The notes under the pieces: generated by a model
What the model was told of the DNA's origin: nothing
The model's database searches: none
What the model saw: only the letters and a program-made list of their open reading frames with translations
Shown: positions 9,058 to 18,093 of the stretch, one piece after another
Position numbering within the stretch: the stretch's first letter is position 1
Layout of the letters: each line of letters starts with the position of its first letter
Assembly (NCBI GenBank): GCA_035462205.1
Contig: DATHUN010000449.1
Coordinates: 1-40,110, forward strand
DNA length: 40,110 nucleotides
Direction: 5' to 3'
Source: Anaerolineales bacterium
Lineage (GTDB): Bacteria > Chloroflexota > Anaerolineae > Anaerolineales > Villigracilaceae
Program-made: the position numbers and the translations under genes

Positions 9058-9933
9058 ATGCGTACCGAACAACAGATGCTTGACTTGATACTGGATACTG
9101 CCCGCTGCGATGAACGAATCCGGGCCGTGATCATGAACGGGTCACGAGCGAATCCCAATGCGCCGCACGACCCATTTCAGGATTTTGACATTGTTTATAT
9201 CGTCACGGATGTCTCCTCCTTCCGGCACGATCACGAGTGGATCAGACGCTTCGGTGACTTGATGATCATGCAATTGCCCGAAGATATGCAGGATCCTCCT
9301 GCAGGCGATGACGAAAGCTTCGCTTATCTCATGCAGTTCATGGACGGCAATCGCATCGATCTGGGGATATTCACCCTGTCACAATGGAAGCAGCGCGGCG
9401 GCGACAGTCTGAGCGTGTTGCTCTTCGATAAAGATGGGATCATCGAGCCATTTCCACCCGCCAGCGAGGCGGATTACCTTCCCCAGCCGCCCACCGCCAA
9501 GGCATTTGCAGACTGCTGTAATGAATTTTGGTGGGTGGCTCCTTATGTTGCGAAGGGATTGTGGCGACAGGAAATCCTGTATGCCAAGTGTATCCATGAC
9601 GAAGTCGTCCGCGGAGCCGAGCTTATGAAGATGATGAAGTGGCATATTGGGGTAAGAACGGATTTCAAAATTAATCCGGGCAAGCTCGGGAAATATTTTC
9701 AAAGCTATCTCGAGCCAGAGCTATGGGAATCGTTGCTAAAAACATTTGCAAATGCAAGTTACGAGGACACCTGGGACGCTCTCTTGGCGACCTGCAACCT
9801 GTTCCGAAAAGTGGCGATTCCCATCGCAAAACATTTTGGCTTCGAGTATCCGTTTGAGGAGGATCGCAGGGTAACAGCCCATTTGGAGTATGTCCGGGCT
9901 CTTCCCAGGGACGCAAAGGAAATGTATCCTTGA
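9058..9933 (+). CDS. Aminoglycoside 6-adenylyltransferase family (AadK/ANT(6)-like)
   Basis: MRTEQQML, MNGSRANPN, FQDFDIVY, YLMQFMDGNRIDL, CNEFWWVAPYVAKGLWR. Confidence 0.88.
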   Translation: MRTEQQMLDLILDTARCDERIRAVIMNGSRANPNAPHDPFQDFDIVYIVTDVSSFRHDHEWIRRFGDLMIMQLPEDMQDPPAGDDESFAYLMQFMDGNRIDLGIFTLSQWKQRGGDSLSVLLFDKDGIIEPFPPASEADYLPQPPTAKAFADCCNEFWWVAPYVAKGLWRQEILYAKCIHDEVVRGAELMKMMKWHIGVRTDFKINPGKLGKYFQSYLEPELWESLLKTFANASYEDTWDALLATCNLFRKVAIPIAKHFGFEYPFEEDRRVTAHLEYVRALPRDAKEMYP

Positions 9934-9936
9934 GAA

Positions 9937-10644
9937 ATGTTGATCCATGAATTACTTACCTATCTTTTCGACGGACAGCCGCACATTCTTTCTACACCGA
10001 TGGAGACTTGGCTGCGGACGTCACGTCGATTTGCAGCATTTGTGACAACCTTCCGCGACAAGATTCGCAAGAAGATACGTGTTACCAAAGACCCGGAAAC
10101 TCTTTACGATCTGCGCCTCGAGCTGGAAACTGCCTACTTGCTTCTGCAAGAAAAATCCTTGAGCCTGGTATATGAACCTCCATGCGGACAGGGACGCTGT
10201 CCTGATTTCGCGGTGAGCTTTACTACCAGCTTAACTTTTATGGTCGAGGTCACACGATTACGGACCATCCAAATAGGAACTGTCTTGCCAGAGAGTGATC
10301 CTCTCACAGAGGCGATCTGCAGCAAACTGGGTCAACTCCCCCCTCAACAAAGCAATGTTCTCATCGTTGGCGTTGATGTTCCGTACGTAAGTCCAACGGA
10401 TCTACAAGCCACGATGCTCCGCCTGCAACGGCGTGCGGAACGGAATGATCCCACGTTTTGGCAACGGTACCGGTTTCGAGATCGAGCCGACTTCTTCCAC
10501 CATTATCGGCGCTTAAGTGAAGTTATCGTGCGCGGGTCGCAATTGCAAACAGATCAATCTATCATCGGTTGGTCCAATCCGCAGGCGAAGTATCCATTGC
10601 CCAGCAAGGTACGAACTGCCTTGTACCATAGCCACGCGGTATAG
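9937..10644 (+). CDS. Hypothetical protein with possible PD-(D/E)XK-like nuclease fold
   Basis: ELETA...YE...PDF...VEVT pattern in a 235-aa ORF, 3 bp after the previous gene. Confidence 0.55.
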   Translation: MLIHELLTYLFDGQPHILSTPMETWLRTSRRFAAFVTTFRDKIRKKIRVTKDPETLYDLRLELETAYLLLQEKSLSLVYEPPCGQGRCPDFAVSFTTSLTFMVEVTRLRTIQIGTVLPESDPLTEAICSKLGQLPPQQSNVLIVGVDVPYVSPTDLQATMLRLQRRAERNDPTFWQRYRFRDRADFFHHYRRLSEVIVRGSQLQTDQSIIGWSNPQAKYPLPSKVRTALYHSHAV

Positions 10645-10660
10645 TTCAATGGAGGGCAAC

Positions 10661-11032
10661 ATGCGATTCAACGGCATCTGCCTTATAACTAAAGACGTAT
10701 CAAAGCTAAGACGTTTCTACATGTCTGTTCTACAAGTAAAAGCAGAAGGCGATGACACCTTCACACAATTCGTCATGCAAGGAGCAGCATTGTCAATCTT
10801 CACGGAAGAAGGCATGGAGCGCATGGCGCCTGGCTCAATGCAGCATTCCGGTTGCGGACGATACACACTTGAGTTCGAAGTGGAAGATGTGGACAAGGAA
10901 TATGAACGCTTAAAGTCAATGGACATCACGATCGTCAAGCCACCGACCACTCAAACATGGGGAAGGCGCTCGGTCTGGTTTCGTGATCCGGACGGCAACA
11001 TTATCAATTTCTTTGCGAAGGTAGCTTCCTGA
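10661..11032 (+). CDS. VOC/glyoxalase/bleomycin-resistance family protein
   Basis: LEFEVEDVD and TWGRRSVWFRDPDGNII; GGAGG RBS. Confidence 0.9.
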   Translation: MRFNGICLITKDVSKLRRFYMSVLQVKAEGDDTFTQFVMQGAALSIFTEEGMERMAPGSMQHSGCGRYTLEFEVEDVDKEYERLKSMDITIVKPPTTQTWGRRSVWFRDPDGNIINFFAKVAS

Positions 11033-11068
11033 TATCTCCACGAATGTCAACAACTCGATGGGAAGTAA

Positions 11069-11476
11069 ATGACAGCAGATAAAATCAATCAATTTCTTAA
11101 CGCTGTAACACAATGGGCTTCGAATCAAGCAGATATTCAAGCGCTTGCGTTAGTCGGCTCTCATGCGAGAAATGCTGCCAAAGCAACCTCGGATGTGGAC
11201 TTGGTATTGATTACCACTGAACCTAATCTTTATTTAAAGGACACCCGCTGGGCGCAACAATTTGGAACAGTCAAGAAACAACAAATCGAAGAGTATGGTT
11301 TATTGATTTCCATTCGAGTCTGGTATACACATGGACCTGAAGTCGAGTATGGGATCACGAGTGAGGGATGGGCAGCGGTCCCACTCGATGAAGGGACGCG
11401 GCGAGTCATTGCGGATGGGATGCGAATCCTGTTCGAACGCAGAAATATTTTGAGCCGCCATCAACCAATGAAGTAA
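11069..11476 (+). CDS. Minimal nucleotidyltransferase domain protein (Pol-beta fold)
   Basis: LVGSHAR...SDVDLV motif; 135 aa. Confidence 0.85.
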   Translation: MTADKINQFLNAVTQWASNQADIQALALVGSHARNAAKATSDVDLVLITTEPNLYLKDTRWAQQFGTVKKQQIEEYGLLISIRVWYTHGPEVEYGITSEGWAAVPLDEGTRRVIADGMRILFERRNILSRHQPMK

Positions 11477-11534
11477 TTGCCTCCATCCAAAATAAGGAAG
11501 GATTGAGACATAATATCGAAATCCTTCTCACCAC

Positions 11535-11587
11535 TTGACGCATCTTCCTTTTCCCCGTAAGATTATATTTATATAGAACAGATATTC
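11535..11587 (+). promoter_or_regulatory. sigma70 promoter followed by a near-consensus LexA-type box
   Basis: TTGACG-N17-TAAGAT (11535-11563); AGAAC-AGAT-ATTC (11575-11587). Confidence 0.55.
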
Positions 11588-11710
11588 ACTCAATGAAGCT
11601 TTGCCGCGAAGATTCCTTTAGATGTGGGGGGATATTGCCTGTACCTTTTTGTCTTCGCGTAACGGATTCCCTCTGCGGTCAAAGATTCCTTGGTGGAAAA
11701 AGGATTTGAC

Positions 11711-14359
11711 ATGGAACTCGGTTTAATTAGAAAAATAGATATCGATCATGAAATGCAGCAGGCGTATCTCGATTACGCCATGTCTGTGATTGTGGCGCGC
11801 GCCCTGCCGGATGCCCGTGATGGACTCAAACCGGTGCAGCGTCGCATTTTATATGCGATGTACGACATGGGCATTCGCGCCGACACGGCCTATAAGAAGT
11901 CCGCTCGTATCGTGGGGGAGGTGCTCGGGAAATATCACCCGCACGGCGACTCGGCGGTCTACGAAGCGATGGCGCGCATGGCGCAGGATTTTTCGATGCG
12001 CACGCTGCTTGTTGACGGACAAGGGAACTTCGGTTCCGTGGATGGCGATCCACCCGCCGCGATGCGCTATACCGAAGCGCGTCTGACCTCGGCCGCGATG
12101 GATATCCTTTCGGACCTGCAAAAGAACACGGTCGACTTCACCGCCAATTTCGACGACACCCTCGCCGAACCGGATGTCTTGCCTTCGGCGTTGCCCAATC
12201 TTTTGGTCAACGGTGCAACAGGCATTGCGGTGGGTATGGCAACCTCTATTCCACCGCACAATCTCAGTGAGGTCATCGACGCGCTCGTCTATATGCTCCA
12301 GAACTATGAAAAGATCGATGACATCGACGTCGAAACGTTGATGGATTTCGTGCAGGGACCGGACTTCCCGACCGGCGGTCTCATCGTCCAGCAAAAGGAC
12401 GAAGATGGAATCGAAGCCGCCTACGGCTCGGGACGCGGGCGTGTCACCGTGCAAGCCAAGGCGCACGTCGAGGAGATGGACCGCGGTCGTAACCGCATCA
12501 TCGTCACCGAACTCCCATACATGGTCAACAAATCCAGTTTGATCGAGCGTATCGCCGACCTGGCGCGCGAGGGACATTTCGAAGGTCTCTCCGATCTGCG
12601 TGATGAGTCAGATCGTCACGGCATGCGCATCGTGCTGGAGATCGGTAAGAATGCCGACCCCGAAATTATTCTGCGCGAGCTCTATAAGCGCACGCCCATG
12701 CAGACCACGTTCAGCATCAACCTGCTGGCGCTGGTGGATGGCGAGCCGCGCACGCTCACACTCAAGCAGGCACTGCGCGTCTATATCGAGCACCGCCTGA
12801 CGGTCATCAAGCGACGCGCCGAATTCGATCTGGAGAAAGCAAAAGGGCGCGCTCACATTCTCGAAGGATACCTCGTCGCACTCAAGAACCTGGACGAGAT
12901 CATCGAGCTGATCCGCTCCGCACCTGACGTAGACGCAGCACGCAACAAACTGATGAAGCGCTACAAGCTGACGGAGCTTCAGGCGACCGCTATTCTTGAT
13001 CTACAGTTGCGCCGCCTCGCCGCGCTGGAACGCAGGAAGATCGAGACCGAATACAGGGAAGTGACCGGGCTCATCAAAGACCTGGAAACACTGTTGAAGT
13101 CGCCCAAGAAAATGCGCGGCGTGGTGGCAGACGAATTGCTGAAGGTCAAAGATCAATATGGCGACCGCCGCCGCACACAGATCATTGACCTGTCGAAGAA
13201 TGGCAACAAGACCACCAAGACACTGACCGCCCGGGATCTGATGCCTCAGCAAGAAGTATGGATCGGCGTTACGGAAGATGGACTGGTCTCGCGCACGCAT
13301 GACGACAAGCAGCCGAAACACTCCGGTAATGACGCGCCGCGCTGGCTGGTCAAAGCCTCGACCAGCGATACAGTTTATTTCGTCGCCAAATCGGGACGTG
13401 CTGCCGCGGTGGCTGCACATATCCTTCCGCAGGCAGAAAAATTAAGTCAGGGGACGATGTTCCATCGCGTCTCGCCGCTGACCGATAATGATTCATTGGC
13501 AGCCGTGTTTGCCCTGCCTTCCCAAAAATCTGTGTTACCCGAAGAGACCTGTGTGATCACCGCAACCAAGATGGGAATGATCAAGAAGAGTCTCATCACG
13601 GAATTACCGGGTCCCGCTTCGCAAACGTTTGTGTTGGTGAGAGTCAACGAAGGCGACCGGTTGGTTGAGGTCGGTTTGACCGATAACAAGAGCAAGGATA
13701 TCCTGCTCGTCACCGCCCGGGGCATGGCGATCCGCTTCAAGGAAGAAGAAGTGCGCCCGATGGGACTCGTCGCGGCGGGTGTGAACGGCTTGAAGCTGGC
13801 TGATAAGGATGAAGTTGTCGGCATGCAGATCCTACCGGCCGACGGCGAAATCTTCCTCATCACGAGCGAAGGAAAAGCGAAACGGGTGGAACAAAAAGAA
13901 TTCCCTGTCCAGGGACGTTACGGTAGAGGCGTGATCGCCTGGGATCTGTCCGAGAAGGTTCGCCTGGCAGGTGTGGTGGTGGATAAGCCCAATCATATGG
14001 CAACCATTCACCTCACAAAAGGCGCGCCGAAATCCACCCGCCTGGACGAGGCCAGCATTCGCAAGCGCGCTGCAACCAAGGGTGATGCCATCGTCGATAT
14101 CAAGCCTGGCGAAGAGGTCATCTCTGTCAATGTGAATTGGACGGTGGAGAAATTTGTCGAATTGTCGAAAAACGGACATGGAAACGGGCGAGCCAATGGG
14201 AAAACTCCCTCTCCCAATGGAAAGTCTCCGACTGCAAAGATGGCCTCTGCAAAGAAAACTACACCTGTGAAAAAGGCGAAAGCGCCAGCGAAGACATCGT
14301 CCTCGAAGGGGAAGTCAGCATCAAAATCAAAGACACCTAAGAAAAAAGGTAAAAAATAA
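11711..14359 (+). CDS. Type IIA topoisomerase subunit A (GyrA/ParC family; ParC-like because the canonical GyrA-box is absent)
   Basis: [36 protein letters not shown] (catalytic Tyr), beta-pinwheel repeats, Lys-rich tail. Confidence 0.93.
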   Translation: MELGLIRKIDIDHEMQQAYLDYAMSVIVARALPDARDGLKPVQRRILYAMYDMGIRADTAYKKSARIVGEVLGKYHPHGDSAVYEAMARMAQDFSMRTLLVDGQGNFGSVDGDPPAAMRYTEARLTSAAMDILSDLQKNTVDFTANFDDTLAEPDVLPSALPNLLVNGATGIAVGMATSIPPHNLSEVIDALVYMLQNYEKIDDIDVETLMDFVQGPDFPTGGLIVQQKDEDGIEAAYGSGRGRVTVQAKAHVEEMDRGRNRIIVTELPYMVNKSSLIERIADLAREGHFEGLSDLRDESDRHGMRIVLEIGKNADPEIILRELYKRTPMQTTFSINLLALVDGEPRTLTLKQALRVYIEHRLTVIKRRAEFDLEKAKGRAHILEGYLVALKNLDEIIELIRSAPDVDAARNKLMKRYKLTELQATAILDLQLRRLAALERRKIETEYREVTGLIKDLETLLKSPKKMRGVVADELLKVKDQYGDRRRTQIIDLSKNGNKTTKTLTARDLMPQQEVWIGVTEDGLVSRTHDDKQPKHSGNDAPRWLVKASTSDTVYFVAKSGRAAAVAAHILPQAEKLSQGTMFHRVSPLTDNDSLAAVFALPSQKSVLPEETCVITATKMGMIKKSLITELPGPASQTFVLVRVNEGDRLVEVGLTDNKSKDILLVTARGMAIRFKEEEVRPMGLVAAGVNGLKLADKDEVVGMQILPADGEIFLITSEGKAKRVEQKEFPVQGRYGRGVIAWDLSEKVRLAGVVVDKPNHMATIHLTKGAPKSTRLDEASIRKRAATKGDAIVDIKPGEEVISVNVNWTVEKFVELSKNGHGNGRANGKTPSPNGKSPTAKMASAKKTTPVKKAKAPAKTSSSKGKSASKSKTPKKKGKK

Positions 14360-14362
14360 AGC

Positions 14363-14401
14363 AAACAGTCCCGTGATAGGAAATCCTTCACGGGACTGTT
14401 T
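14363..14401. terminator. Bidirectional intrinsic terminator
   Basis: AAACAGTCCCGTGA...TCACGGGACTGTTT, 14-bp stem between convergent genes. Confidence 0.85.
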
Positions 14402-14460
14402 ATTTGTCATTCTCTTTTTAGCTTTGATCATCTTAGTTCTTCATATTCGTTCAACATCCA

Positions 14461-16131
14461 CTACTTCCATCCACTGGCATGAAACAAGGACTCGAATAGC
14501 TCATTCGCCTCTTCGGGTGTCATCGGGCGGGAACGGGCATAGTCCACGAACTGGATGGGCAATAACTCGGTGCTGATGTAACGACCATTGTAAAAGACGT
14601 GCCGGTCGATTAATCCCTGGCGGCAAGCCTCACACAGTCCATACTGATCGAAGAACAGATTCCCGAGTCCATAATGGATAAAGGAGTCGTTTAGGAATTC
14701 CATGCCCTGCGGTTGGTGCGCCTGGCTGCCGCTCACGACGACCGCCCCGGCTTCCCCCATTTGGCGAAAATCGCGCAGTTGATCCGGCTGGGCGGCATAC
14801 GCGTAATATTCATTATGTTGAAACGTGGCGATCACAAGATAGCCTTCCGCTTTCAGGCGGCTGATCTCGCCTGCCATCCAGTCCATATCACAGACCGCCG
14901 CACCTGGCTCGGTCTCACTGGCTTGGGCGAAGGAGCCGCCTTTCGCGTTACAACCGATGAACGCGATCTTATTATGATTGTGCTCCATCAACAGGGCTTT
15001 TCGTCCATCGGCAAGATTTTCGCCGCCACCGTAGTACAACCAACCACGCTCGCGATACATGTCCAGGGTGTGCAACATCGCCTCGGTACCCCAATCCTGG
15101 AAGTGATCGCCGGTCAGTTCCACTATATCGGTACCTACATCTTCCAGCAGTTGGATGTACTTATCCGCGCTGCAGAAGCGGATTTCCTGCTGGGTAGGAT
15201 TTGGGTACGGGCAATCCGCAGCGAATGGCACCTCGTTGCTGATGTGTGTAATATCCGCCTCGAGCAGCCAGTCACGAATATCCTGCGCCGGATACAGGAT
15301 GCCCCGTTTTTCCATAGTATAGGCGGTCGCCCGCACCAATGCCGTGACACCCGTCATAGCAATAATCGTCATCTTTTGGGGATCGCGATTGGAAGCAGGA
15401 ATCACAAAATTGCTTTGAATCAGCGCAACCCGGTCCGGGTCACTGTTGAGCGAAATGGGAATCTTGAGCCGATAGCTTCCCGGATCAAAATCCTTGTGAA
15501 TCGGCGAGAGACCGTCCACGGGCAGGACCTTCCAGCGTGGATCGAGGGACTCGAAAGCCACGATCGCCAACGCCGGTTGATGTGCCCAGGCATAATCAAT
15601 CAAGTCGTCTTTTGCGAGGATCTGTACGCTCTCCGGTGCCGCCGGACCCCAGAGGGCGGTGAACATGTCGAGAGTATTTTGGTCCATGAGCAGTGTTTGA
15701 CTTGTAGATTTGCCTTGCCAATGCGCGAGCAAATCATCACCCGAAATGCCTTGCAAGGTGGACGAGAAGGGAGTCACGAGAGCATATAGCCACTCGCTAA
15801 TCGGATTCTGATTGCCTACTTCTAATTTGATGTTTGCGCTCGCTGCATCGCTCACAAACAATTTGCGCAACGGATCCTCGAGCGCTCCGCCTAATGTTTC
15901 CACAAGATAAGAGGGAGCCCAGATGGAAACATCAATGATTTTAGCATTTGGCATAGCCGTTGCCGTGGGCAGGGACACAGGTGCACTTGCAGGTGTCTCT
16001 TGTTGCGGATGAGGCTTCGGTACGTGCACAAGAGCCATATTGGATGGAGTAGGCACCGCACGTTGCGCACAACTCGCCAGTAAAAGTGTGGATAGGATCA
16101 GAACGAAATTAAGTTGAATACGAGAATTCAC
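14461..16131 (-). CDS. CapA/PgsA-family metallophosphoesterase-like lipoprotein
   Basis: LLASC lipobox after the GTG start, SNEVPF, LTGDHFQDWG, GSQAHQPQ, HYGLGNLFFDQ; start uncertain. Confidence 0.8.
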   Translation of the reverse strand: MNSRIQLNFVLILSTLLLASCAQRAVPTPSNMALVHVPKPHPQQETPASAPVSLPTATAMPNAKIIDVSIWAPSYLVETLGGALEDPLRKLFVSDAASANIKLEVGNQNPISEWLYALVTPFSSTLQGISGDDLLAHWQGKSTSQTLLMDQNTLDMFTALWGPAAPESVQILAKDDLIDYAWAHQPALAIVAFESLDPRWKVLPVDGLSPIHKDFDPGSYRLKIPISLNSDPDRVALIQSNFVIPASNRDPQKMTIIAMTGVTALVRATAYTMEKRGILYPAQDIRDWLLEADITHISNEVPFAADCPYPNPTQQEIRFCSADKYIQLLEDVGTDIVELTGDHFQDWGTEAMLHTLDMYRERGWLYYGGGENLADGRKALLMEHNHNKIAFIGCNAKGGSFAQASETEPGAAVCDMDWMAGEISRLKAEGYLVIATFQHNEYYAYAAQPDQLRDFRQMGEAGAVVVSGSQAHQPQGMEFLNDSFIHYGLGNLFFDQYGLCEACRQGLIDRHVFYNGRYISTELLPIQFVDYARSRPMTPEEANELFESLFHASGWK

Positions 16132-16253
16132 TTGGGATTCGCGGAGAAGAATTTGTATTCTATGAGATGATCCAGAGTCTACCACGCAGAAGATACAGAC
16201 CCCTTTCCGCGATTCGATCATCCAAAAGTACGTTTCGCAAAGGCAGGAGAGGC

Positions 16254-16535
16254 TTAGCGCGCCAATCTCAAATACACGGCACCGCGTGCATCGAGATAAA
16301 TCGCTTCCGGGGTTTGGACGATCCGAATCATTACATTTTCACAAGCCGAACAGCGAAGAACGATTCCTGGTCCGTGTGTAAAGGCAAGCAATGTGCCGAT
16401 CTCCCCTTCCCTGCCGCAGTGACCACATTCTGTGGGCGAGGCAGTCATTTCGGTGCCGAAGATTTCGTACAGCAGACCAGCAGTGGCGTTCGCGTCGAGC
16501 ATAAGCTCGCGATTGATATCAGTTATCTCTTCCAT
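16254..16535 (-). CDS. DUF6510-like small protein with two CxxC motifs
   Basis: LDANATAGLL, CGHC and CSAC; GGAGG RBS; 1 bp from the upstream gene. Confidence 0.75.
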   Translation of the reverse strand: MEEITDINRELMLDANATAGLLYEIFGTEMTASPTECGHCGREGEIGTLLAFTHGPGIVLRCSACENVMIRIVQTPEAIYLDARGAVYLRLAR

Positions 16536-16536
16536 C

Positions 16537-17289
16537 TCAGCCTCCTGTCGGACCAAAACGCTCGGTGCGGATCTGGTTCGAGTCGATTCCAAATTTGACC
16601 AATGCATTCGCTGCGGATTCCACCATCAGCGTGGGTCCACAGATGAAAACTTGCACAGTTTTGCCTAACGGGCGTGCTACTTCGCTGAGCATGGCATCGT
16701 CAATGCGCCGCGCATAGCCGCGCCAATCTTTTGGCTGGGAGCGCGTCAGGGTATGAAACACTTTCGGTCCGCCGTTTGCTTTGCTCAATTGTTCCAATTC
16801 ATTGTAATAGATGACATCTTCAAAATTGCGTGAGCTATAAAGTAATGTTGCGGGATTATTTGCTCCTGCTGCGGCGCGATGACGGAGCATGGACATCAGT
16901 GGAACGACGCCGGATCCGCCTGCGATCAATAACAACGGTTCGGTCATGCTCGCCTCCCAGACGAAGTAGCCGCCGATCGGTCCACGCGCTTCGATGCGGT
17001 CGCCAGGGAGGAGGACATCATGTAAGTACGTGGAGACCTCGCCATCCTCGATACGCTCCACCGTGATATCTACTTCGCCTTCGCGTTCCGGTTCCGACGC
17101 AATCGAATAACTACGCTGGGTTTGATAGCCATCCTCTGCGGTGAGGCGGATATCGTAGTGTTGCCCGGCGCGGTGACGCATCCACTCAGGAAGCTTCATC
17201 GTGAAAGACTTGACGTTGGCGGTCTCAGGCTTGATCTCTGTAATAGAAGCGATTTGCCACTTGAGTGTCGGTTTCATAAAGGCTCCCAT
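16537..17289 (-). CDS. Ferredoxin-NADP reductase-like FAD/NAD(P)H oxidoreductase
   Basis: RSYSIAS, GEVSTYL, IAGGSGVVP, ICGPT, TERFG; no 2Fe-2S domain; start may be 17277. Confidence 0.88.
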   Translation of the reverse strand: MGAFMKPTLKWQIASITEIKPETANVKSFTMKLPEWMRHRAGQHYDIRLTAEDGYQTQRSYSIASEPEREGEVDITVERIEDGEVSTYLHDVLLPGDRIEARGPIGGYFVWEASMTEPLLLIAGGSGVVPLMSMLRHRAAAGANNPATLLYSSRNFEDVIYYNELEQLSKANGGPKVFHTLTRSQPKDWRGYARRIDDAMLSEVARPLGKTVQVFICGPTLMVESAANALVKFGIDSNQIRTERFGPTGG

Positions 17290-17290
17290 A

Positions 17291-17320
17291 TGTCATTGCC
17301 CCGGCGAAAGTAGCCGGGGT
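17291..17320. repeat. Short GTCA-tagged hairpin inside the operon
   Basis: TGTCATTGCCCCGGC-gaaagta-GCCGGGGT. Confidence 0.45.
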
Positions 17321-17331
17321 AATAACATAAA

Positions 17332-17952
17332 TCAATCATTCCAATAGCGCTGTTCCTTCCACGGGTCTGCGTGGTTGTGATAGCCAGCCGACTCCCAAAA
17401 GCCAGGTTTGTCTTTTTCCATCAGATGAATACCGCGCACCCATTTGGCGCTCTTCCAAAAATACAAATGGGGAACTACCATGCGCGCCGGTCCGCCGTGC
17501 TCGGGAGCAAGCGGTCGATCATCGTATTTCAAGGCGATAAAAGATTGACCGTTGATGATGTCGGTGAGAGGGATATTGGTAGTGTAGCCGCCGTCACTGT
17601 AGGCGGTGACAAACATCGCTTTGCGGTCAATGTCCACGTGTTCAAGAAGGGTGTCCAAACTGACGCCTTCCCATTTCATGTCGAGATGAGTCCATTTGGT
17701 GACACAGGAAATATCCACCACATAGTTTTGCATCGGCAATTGCTTAAATTCCTGCCACGTCCAGGAGGCTTTTTCCTTGACAAGACCGTCGATACTGAAC
17801 GTCCATCGATCGAGAGGAGTATGTGGAGTTGGTCCTGCTGAGAGGACGGGGAAATCATTTGTGAGATATTGACCCGGTGGAATGCGGTCCTTCTTTTCTC
17901 CGCCGCGCCGCTTGCCGACAAAACCGCGTGAGACAAATTGTTCCTCTGACAT
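17332..17952 (-). CDS. Sulfite-oxidase-like molybdopterin oxidoreductase
   Basis: IPPGQY, DISCVTKW (Mo-ligand Cys), GYTTNIP, EHGGPARM, YFWKSAKW, GFWE..GYH. Confidence 0.88.
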   Translation of the reverse strand: MSEEQFVSRGFVGKRRGGEKKDRIPPGQYLTNDFPVLSAGPTPHTPLDRWTFSIDGLVKEKASWTWQEFKQLPMQNYVVDISCVTKWTHLDMKWEGVSLDTLLEHVDIDRKAMFVTAYSDGGYTTNIPLTDIINGQSFIALKYDDRPLAPEHGGPARMVVPHLYFWKSAKWVRGIHLMEKDKPGFWESAGYHNHADPWKEQRYWND

Positions 17953-18061
17953 GGCTGCTCCTTGAACGATATCGTCTATTGCCAGAATGGACGGTCTTTC
18001 AATAATTGGTATTAGTGTATAACTTTGAATTGGGGAAGTCAAGCAGAGATTGCAGGTCCTT

Positions 18062-18093
18062 CCGTAGAGACAGACAGCCGCCTGTCTCTACGG
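18062..18093. repeat. GTAG...CTAC REP-like hairpin
   Basis: CCGTAGAGACAG-acagccgc-CTGTCTCTACGG, 12-bp perfect stem. Confidence 0.75.

Noticed and set aside
8779-11476. Integron cassette array
   Set aside because: Intergenic gaps of 3-36 bp leave no room for attC sites, and no integrase is present.
11069-11476. MNT-HEPN toxin-antitoxin pair
   Set aside because: No adjacent HEPN gene; the only HEPN-like gene is 18 kb away.
11930-11975. Quinolone-resistance substitutions in the QRDR
   Set aside because: HGDSAVYE retains Ser and an acidic residue at the usual positions.
14713-15789. Long antisense ORFs (for example 358 aa here, 302 aa at 7155-8063, 242 aa at 11849-12577)
   Set aside because: They lie opposite well-supported genes, are expected from GC-rich codon bias, and contain no motifs.
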